This document shows, one piece after another, positions 6,994-13,440 of a stretch of DNA of 13,440 bases; within the stretch, counting starts at the first letter, position 1, and each line of letters opens with the position of its first letter. The position numbers and the translations under genes were made by a program. Origin of the DNA: an uncultured Chloroflexia bacterium. GTDB lineage: Bacteria; Chloroflexota; Dehalococcoidia; DSTF01; JALHUB01. Below the pieces are notes generated by a model. That model saw only the letters and a list, made by a program, of their open reading frames with translations. It was not told the DNA's origin and searched no databases. The DNA lies in NCBI GenBank assembly GCA_963726245.1, contig CAVSBT010000021.1:1-13440 (forward strand), given 5' to 3'.

Positions 6994-8589
6994 ATGCCAA
7001 AGATGTCACGTCGCGCCTTCCTGGCCGGCGCGGCTGCTGCTGCGGGGCTTGCTGCCCTCCGTTGCGGCGGTAATCAGGAGACCGCCTCCACCGGGGCTAG
7101 CCCCACCGCGGGTGCCATCAAGAGGGGAGGGGTGTTCCGCCTGGGGACCACTACCCCAGCCGTGAGCATCGACCCTCATACTGAAGTCACCATGGGCCTC
7201 GCCTTCATCTGCTTCATCTACGGCTACCTGCTCCACGAGATCCAGCAGCCTGAGGGGCCGCCTACACTCGTGTTCGACCATGCCGAGTCGTTAGAGCGGC
7301 CGGACGACCTCACCTACGTGTTCAAGATACGCCCCGGCATCCACTTCCAGGATCTGCCACCAGCCAGCGGCCGCGAGGTCGTCGCCGAGGACGCACTCTA
7401 CAGCTTCGACCGCATCGCTTCCGTGGGGTCGACCCCGTTCTGGACCCAGGGCATTGAGAGCAAGTCTGCGCCTGACCCCTATACCTTCCAGGTGCGCCTC
7501 ACAGGGCTTTACGCCTACACCATGGGGGAGTTCGGCGGCATCCGTACCGCCATCGTGCCCAAAGAGGCTGTAGAGCAGTTCGGCGACCTCAAATCCCACG
7601 GCCTCGGCTCCGGCCCCTTCCAGGTGGCGAGTCTCTCTCGGAGCGAGACCATAGAGATGGTGCGTAACCCCAACTACTACGTTGAGGGCATCCCCTACGT
7701 CGACGGCATGAGCTGGCGGATAATCCTTGACGACTCCAGTCTGAAGGCAGCGTTCAAGGCGCAGCAGTTGGATGTCTACGGCCCACCTACCAAGATCCAG
7801 GCTGACGAGGTCGCCGGGATGAGCAAGGATGTCATTCTCACCAAAGGCGCCAACCTCGCTATCTTCACGATCAACCTCAACGAGATAGCCGTGCCCGCTC
7901 TCCAGGACGAACGCGTCCGCGAGGCGATGGACATCTCCCTTGATCGCGACGCCATGATCGAGAAGCTGTGCTTCGGCGAGGGGAACTACACCGGCCCCGT
8001 CTCCTGGGGCCTCGAGTTCTGGTCGCTTCCCCAAGACGAACTGCGCCAGCGATACAAGCGAGATGTGGCCAAAGCGCGCCAGCTACTGGAGGCCGCCGGC
8101 GTTACCGACCTGGCCCTGGAGATGAAGTTCCCGTCGGGCTCCACAGCCGACCTGGCTGCCATGATCAAGGAGCAGTGGGCCGAGGCCGGCATCACGGTAA
8201 ACCTTGTGCCCCAGGAGCTCGGCGCCTGGGTCGCGGACCTGTTTGCCGAGAACTACCAACTGATGTTGGGCGGTGGCCTGCCCTACGGCGATGAGCAACT
8301 ACCCCTCCAGTTCAACCACACCAAGAACTGGACCAGAACCGCGAACCCCATCCACTTGCCCGATCCAGAGATCGATGCTCTCCTCGACCAGATCCTGGTC
8401 ACGCCGGACGTCCAGGAGCGGCAGAAGCTGGTCCTGGAAGTAACGCGCAAGATCATCGACCGCCACGGGCCGTTCCTCTACCTCTACGCCCCCTACGTCT
8501 ACACGGCGCGCTGGCGCTATGTGCGTGGATACGACGACATCAACCCGGCCATGCTCGCCTACACCTACAACATGTGGCTGGACAAGTAG
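6994..8589 (+). CDS. ABC transporter substrate-binding protein, family 5 (OppA/DppA-like), Tat-exported lipoprotein
   Basis: AAGGAG RBS; twin-arginine SRRAFL; lipobox-like ALRC; KRGG.FR, AES.E.PDD.TY.FKIRPG..F, GSGPF, RNPNYY..G.PYVDG and DERVREAM..SLDR motifs. Confidence 0.92.
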   Translation: MPKMSRRAFLAGAAAAAGLAALRCGGNQETASTGASPTAGAIKRGGVFRLGTTTPAVSIDPHTEVTMGLAFICFIYGYLLHEIQQPEGPPTLVFDHAESLERPDDLTYVFKIRPGIHFQDLPPASGREVVAEDALYSFDRIASVGSTPFWTQGIESKSAPDPYTFQVRLTGLYAYTMGEFGGIRTAIVPKEAVEQFGDLKSHGLGSGPFQVASLSRSETIEMVRNPNYYVEGIPYVDGMSWRIILDDSSLKAAFKAQQLDVYGPPTKIQADEVAGMSKDVILTKGANLAIFTINLNEIAVPALQDERVREAMDISLDRDAMIEKLCFGEGNYTGPVSWGLEFWSLPQDELRQRYKRDVAKARQLLEAAGVTDLALEMKFPSGSTADLAAMIKEQWAEAGITVNLVPQELGAWVADLFAENYQLMLGGGLPYGDEQLPLQFNHTKNWTRTANPIHLPDPEIDALLDQILVTPDVQERQKLVLEVTRKIIDRHGPFLYLYAPYVYTARWRYVRGYDDINPAMLAYTYNMWLDK

Positions 8590-8630
8590 GCCCTGATACC
8601 CGGATTGCTGACCGCCATCTGCGTGCTAGG

Positions 8631-8676
8631 CAGAGGGTCGCGGGCCTGCCTGCCGTCAGTCAAGTTCGAGTCCCGG
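8631..8676 (+). other. Degenerate tRNA-like 3' fragment (variable loop + T-arm) interrupted by a 20-bp quasi-palindrome
   Basis: CAGAGGGTCGCGGG[CCTGCCTGCCGTCAGTCAAG]TTCGAGTCCCG; deleting the bracketed 8645-8664 restores CGGG-TTCGAGT-CCCG. Confidence 0.45.
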
Positions 8677-8723
8677 GGCGAGATACGGATGTAGTATTGG
8701 CATCCCACAGGCGCTTGCCGCGA

Positions 8724-8753
8724 TTGCCGCTTACGGTGCGGCTGCAGTAGAAT
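8724..8753 (+). promoter_or_regulatory. Putative sigma70 promoter of the acyl-CoA dehydrogenase
   Basis: TTGCCG-N18-TAGAAT. Confidence 0.5.
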
Positions 8754-8828
8754 AGCGGCCGTCGCAGAGCGCTCAGTGCTCGTAGAGCAAAGGGGCAGCC
8801 AAAGGCCGATCGAGGGGAGGGCCAGGGA

Positions 8829-10527
8829 ATGATTCTACTGAACCCGAAGAAGCTCAGCCGACGGTACCCAGACGGGCGCTCGCTGGAGGTCATGGCCAGC
8901 ACGATCGACTTCTTCGAGAAGAAGGGGAAGAGACGGCTCAAGGAGGACGCTCACCAGCGGGTCTGGTACGACGACTTTCTCACGTTTGTGAAGGACGAGA
9001 AGATCTTCGCCACGCTGCTCACCCCTCCCAGCTACGGGGATGCGGACTCGCGCTGGGACACCTTCCGCAACGTGGATTTCAACGAGATTCTCGCATTCTA
9101 CGGGCTCCACTACTGGTACGCCTGGCAGGTCACGACACTCGGCCTCGGCCCCATCTGGATGAGCCGGAACGAAGAAGCGAAGCGCCGCGCCGCGCGAACT
9201 CCTGAAAGACGGGGCGGTATTCGCCTTCGGGCTGTCTGAGCGCCAGCACGGCGCAGACATCTACTCAACGGAGATGACACTCACGCCACAGCCCGACGGC
9301 AGCTACAGGGCAAACGGAGAGAAGTACTACATCGGCAACGGCAATGTCGCTCCCATGGTCTCGACCTTCGGGAAGATGGCGGACAGCGGGGAATACGTGT
9401 TCTTCGTGGCTGATTCGGCGAAGCCCAACTACGAGCTGCTGGACAACGTTGTCGCCTCCCAATCGTACGTCTCGGCCTTCGCCCTGCATGACTACCCAAT
9501 CAGCGAGGCAGACATACTCTCGAAAGGGCGGGAGGCCTGGGATACTGCCCTCAACACCGTCAACATCTGCAAGTTCAACCTGGGCGCGGCGTCCATCGGC
9601 ATCTCGACGCACGCCTTCTACGAGGCGATCAACCATGCCGCCAACCGCCGTCTCTACGGCATGTATGTCACGGATTTCCCGCACGTCAAGCAGATGTTCA
9701 CCGACGCCTATGCCCGCCTGGTGGCGATGAAGCTCTTCACGCTTCGGGCCGCCGACTACATGCGAGTCGCTTCGCCGAACGACAGGCGCTATCTCCTCTA
9801 CAATTCAGTAGTGAAGATGAAGGTGACGACGCAGGGGGAAGAAGTCATAGACCTGCTCTGGGACGTGATTGCGGCAAAGGGTTTCGAGAAGGACATGTAC
9901 TTCGAGAGCGCCGCCATGGACATCCGCGCCCTGCCGAAGCTCGAGGGTACGGTCCACGTGAACATCGCCCTCATCCTGAAGTTCATGGCCAACTACTTCT
10001 TCAACCCGGCTGAGTACGCCAACATCGGTCAGCGCTCTGAGCCAAAGAACGACGACTATCTGTTCCAGCAGGGCCCGGCGAAGGGCATGGGCGACATCCA
10101 ATTCCACGACTACAACATCGCCTACAGCGATTGGGACCTGCCCAACGTCAACGTTTTCCGCGAGCAGACCGCCGTTTTCTCAGAGATGCTCGCCGTGGCG
10201 CCTCCTGATGAGAGCCAGAGTCGCGACACCGATTTCCTTCTGACCGTTGGCGAAATATTCACGCTAGTCGCCTACGGGCAACTCATCCTCGAGAACGCCC
10301 GTATCTACCATGTCCCCGCCGACATCGTTGACCAGATCTTCGATTGCTTTGTGCGTGACTTCTCGAAGTTCGCGCTACAGTTGTACAGCAAGCCGAGGTG
10401 CAATTCGGAACAGTCGGCCTATTGCCTGAAGATGATAAGGAAGCCGGTGGTGGATGACGAACGCTATGAGCGCGTATGGCGCGATTACGTGCACGCCCTA
10501 AAGGGTGCCTACGAGATGAATCCTTAG
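8829..10527 (+). CDS. Acyl-CoA dehydrogenase family protein, split by a +1 frameshift at ~9195
   Basis: MILLNPK...YWYAWQVTTLGLGPIWMS.NEEAKRRAA joins ELLKDGAVFAFGLSERQHGADIYSTEM...ANGEKYYIGNG...DIRALPKLEGTVHVN in the next frame. The FAFGLSE, NGEKYYI and EGT motifs are characteristic of ACADs. Confidence 0.9.
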
Positions 10528-10584
10528 GCTATCCCTTCTGGGCGCAAGGTCAATCCGGCAACCAGCGTTCTTCCCAAGCCTCTG

Positions 10585-10602
10585 TGGGGTGTCAAAACCC
10601 CA
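10585..10602. terminator. Small hairpin between convergent genes
   Basis: TGGGGT-GTCAAA-ACCCCA; no clear U-tract. Confidence 0.3.
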
Positions 10603-12852
10603 TCCGCGTCTGTGAAGCGCGCACTCTGAGTGGCCCATCTGCATGATGAACGGCACAGACTATTGATCCCAGCCTGGGCCTTCCAGCGAGGCGAGGCCGC
10701 CCCAGAACTCTGACTTCGCACCTCACCGAACAGCCCAAGTGGAGCAGGTTTTGCTCGGGGCCAGAGGAGGGGTTGACCCCAGATCGAGCCAGCACGCCAA
10801 GGACTCCCCGTTGACCGCTCGCGCCGCCAGATGCGCCGACGCCGGAGGTGGGCCGGCGCCCTTCCGGGACGGCGGCGATGATCTCGGGCGCCAGCCACCG
10901 CGCTACGAGGTCCGCACCCTCGGGGGTGAAGTGGACGCCGTCTTCACGCAGATGGACGCCGTCGATGGTGACGTCAGTGTACTCGCCTTCCGGGCACACA
11001 AGGCGGTTCAGGTCGGCGATGACAATCTGATCCGCATGCTGCCGCGCGAACTCCCAGTAGAGGTCGTTGAGGTCGTCGACACGCTGGGGATCGAGCCGGA
11101 CATACGCCGCCGCGTCGAGCCCCAGATCGCGCGGCTTGAAACAGGGGGATGTGAGGAGCATGACCTCGGCGCCGCGTGCGGAGAGCACATCGACGGTATG
11201 GCCTAGCTCCTCCAGCGCATAGGCTTCCCACTCCGGGGTGCCGACCTCCAAGCAGGCGGCCTCCCACCTTCAGGTCGAGGGTGTCCCAAGGGCCGAAGAG
11301 AAGCACAACGACATCGGGCTGGAACGCGTCCACCTGCGACGACCACGTGGTCCGCCATTCCCTACACGTATCCGCCTTCTCCGTAGACCACTTGCCGTAG
11401 GCGTCGAGCTCCTCGTCGCCCGGCAGGAAGCCGCAGCCAAAGCCAGCCACGTTCGATACGGAAAGGCCCAAAGCCGGCCCCTCTCGTTCGAGCCCCAGCG
11501 CCATCGTCAGCGCGACCGAGTCGCCCAGCGCCATGACCCGTATGGGCGCCGGAAGCGGCCGCTCCCGTGCCGTCCGGCTGGGAGAACGAGCCGGTCGGCG
11601 GCATCGTGCCGGAGGGAGACGTGGATAGAGAGAGGGCCGGCGCGCCGCCGCGGGTAACGAGGACGAGAGCAACGGCAAGGCCCACAGCGGTCGCCGGCGC
11701 GAGCGTCCAGGAGGCTCGCCACTGCCGGAGGGCGCCGCGGCGGATCGGCATCTCGATGACCCGATAGGAGGCCACCGCGATCGCCAGGGTTACTAGAACA
11801 CGCACCGCGAACAGCCCGTAGCCGTCCCAGCCGGTCCGGTCAGGGGTCAGGATGAGGTAGACGGGCCAGTGCCACAGGTAGACGCCGTAGGAGATGAGGC
11901 CGAGGCCGCGCAACGGCGGGAGGGAGAGGAGCCTGCCTATGGGGCCGGCCTTCGGTTGCACGGAAGCGGCGATCACGACGGCGACGGCGGCGGCGAGGAG
12001 GAGAAAGCCGCCGCGGTAGAGGAAGACGCTGTCGCCGGAGGCCGTGGCCCAGACCCAGCCGAGGCCGACGGCGCAGACGAGCGCGGCGATCTGAAGCATG
12101 TGTCTCGCGGGGCGGGAGCGCAGGGGACCGCGCTGCAAGAGCAGCATCGCCAGCGCCGCCCCCATCAGCAGGGACTGCGCTCGAGTGTCGGTGCCGTAGT
12201 AGACGCGGGAGGGGTCGGCTCCGGGGTGGTACAGCCAGCCCATGAGGAAGGCGGAACCCGCGATCATGAGCAGTGATGCCGCGAGCAGCGAGCGCAGCGA
12301 GCCGCGGCGCAGGCGCAGAAGGACCAGGAGCAGCAGCGGCCAGACCGCGTACCACTGCTCCTCTATGGCAAGCGACCAGGTGTGGCGGAGAGGAGAGGGG
12401 ACGGAGAACTGATCGAAGTAGGACTGTCCGGAGAATAGGGGCCGCCAGTTGGCCACATAGCCGAGGGTGGCAAGGGCGTCGCCGCGGAGCTTCCCGATCT
12501 CCTCGGGCGCGGCGAAGACGAGAGCATAGCCGGCGACACCGATGAGCATGAGGAACAGCGCCGGGAGGAGCCGGCGGGCACGGCGCGCCCAGAACGCGGA
12601 GAGAGCGATGGCACCGCGGGCACGCCACTCCAGGAGGAGGAGGCTGCTGATGAGGTAGCCGCTGAGGACGAAGAAGGCGTCGACGCCGAGGAAGCCGCCG
12701 CGAGCCCAGGGAAGGCCAGCATGGTAGGCGAGAACGGCGGCGACGGCCAAAGCGCGGATACCGTCGAGCGCCGGTTGGTGGGGAAGGCGGCGCCCGCCGT
12801 GGTTGGCGGCTTCGCCTTGATCAGAGGTCAGGGATCCGCCCGGCCGAGACAC
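10592..12852 (-). CDS. Acyltransferase-3 + SGNH fusion (OatA/OafA-like O-acyltransferase), with two +1 frameshifts (~11545-11600 and ~11250)
   Basis: PALDGIRALAV..V.AYH, GGFLGVD.FFVLSGYLI, FWARRARRLLP, HTWSLAIEEQ.Y, YYGTDTR, G.ISYGVYLWHWP. After a Pro/Ser/Thr linker come the SGNH blocks GDSV, GCG and DGVHFT. The C-terminal ~90 codons beyond the SGNH domain are doubtful. Confidence 0.88.
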
Positions 12853-12891
12853 CGCACCGCCTGTGTGCTCACCTGTCCACTAGACGAGGAA

Positions 12892-12921
12892 ACTGTACTG
12901 CCGCTTCGGTCGGCCTGTCAA
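12892..12921 (-). promoter_or_regulatory. Putative sigma70 promoter of the acyltransferase
   Basis: Minus strand TTGACA-N18-TACAGT, ~40 nt upstream of the GTG start. Confidence 0.6.
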
Positions 12922-13274
12922 CGCCACGGAGATCGGGGAACACGGTGGGGACGACTGCCTTCGCGGCACCCGGGAGCCCTCGACCCTGCGACTGGCAGGT
13001 AAAGCAGAGCTTCTGCCTCTCGGGCGAGGTTCGCACAGCCGCATCCATGGAAAGCCCGAGCCGAAGAGCCGGATGAAACATCGGCCCGGCTGGGTGAGCT
13101 CTTCATGCTTGGGTGCCTGCAGTTCTGGCAGCCAGTGCAAGCGTCAAGGTCGGCTATATAGGCCTCGAGCGGCTCCTCTGCCACGTTGGGCCGTACGCGT
13201 GACCCGATTGCGTCGAAACGCAGCGCGTGCAACTATGGAGGCGCAATGGGCCGACTCGGCGAAAAGGAGCTGAG

Positions 13275-13440
13275 ATGAGCACCTATCTGGACCTGAACCC
13301 CGCATTGACCCCCACGCAGATTGCTCTCAAGGAGGAGACGCACAGGTTCGCCGCTGAAGTGACCCGGCCGGCCAGCATCGAGCTGGACAAGCTCGCCGAC
13401 CCGGAAGACGTAATCAAGGATGGCTCAGTATTCTGGAACG
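13275..13440 (+). CDS. Acyl-CoA dehydrogenase, N-terminus (runs off window)
   Basis: AAGGAG RBS; MSTYLDLNPALTPTQIALKEETHRFAAEVTRPASIELDKLADPEDVIKDGSVFWN matches the LT..Q..L....R.FA.....P...E.D ACAD N-terminal pattern. Absent from the ORF track. Confidence 0.8.
   Translation, partial: MSTYLDLNPALTPTQIALKEETHRFAAEVTRPASIELDKLADPEDVIKDGSVFWN

Noticed and set aside
10592-10860. Novel C-terminal domain on the acyltransferase
   Set aside because: Low-complexity, atypical sequence after the SGNH domain; more likely read-through caused by another indel or a lost stop.
13066-13095. Hammerhead ribozyme (CGGATGA...GAAA resemblance)
   Set aside because: The core should be CUGANGA with a stem before GAAA; neither is satisfied.

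Overview
GC-rich bacterial window, probably from Chloroflexota/Dehalococcoidia (inferred from a flexitail-like surface protein and an orphan Tat-lipoprotein family-5 solute-binding protein). Gene order: 3' end of a saccharopine dehydrogenase-like gene, a sulfite-oxidase-like molybdoenzyme, an MFS transporter, then an accessory ~4 kb block, tRNA-Glu(TTC) with an atypical T-loop, an ABC substrate-binding lipoprotein, an acyl-CoA dehydrogenase, a convergent AT3-SGNH (OatA-like) acyltransferase, and the start of a second acyl-CoA dehydrogenase. The accessory block is the highlight. It holds two exported beta-propeller genes, each behind a copy of the same ~60 bp promoter/RBS leader, with a 35-codon serine-hydrolase tail remnant between them. 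The whole block is bracketed by degenerate direct repeats starting with an XerD-arm-like TTATGTCAA. The second gene has 14 near-identical 111-bp RCC1/BLIP-II repeats (7+7 blades) whose variation is concentrated in two short loops, like a natural variable-binder scaffold. Four other genes carry single-base frameshifts, most likely assembly errors.
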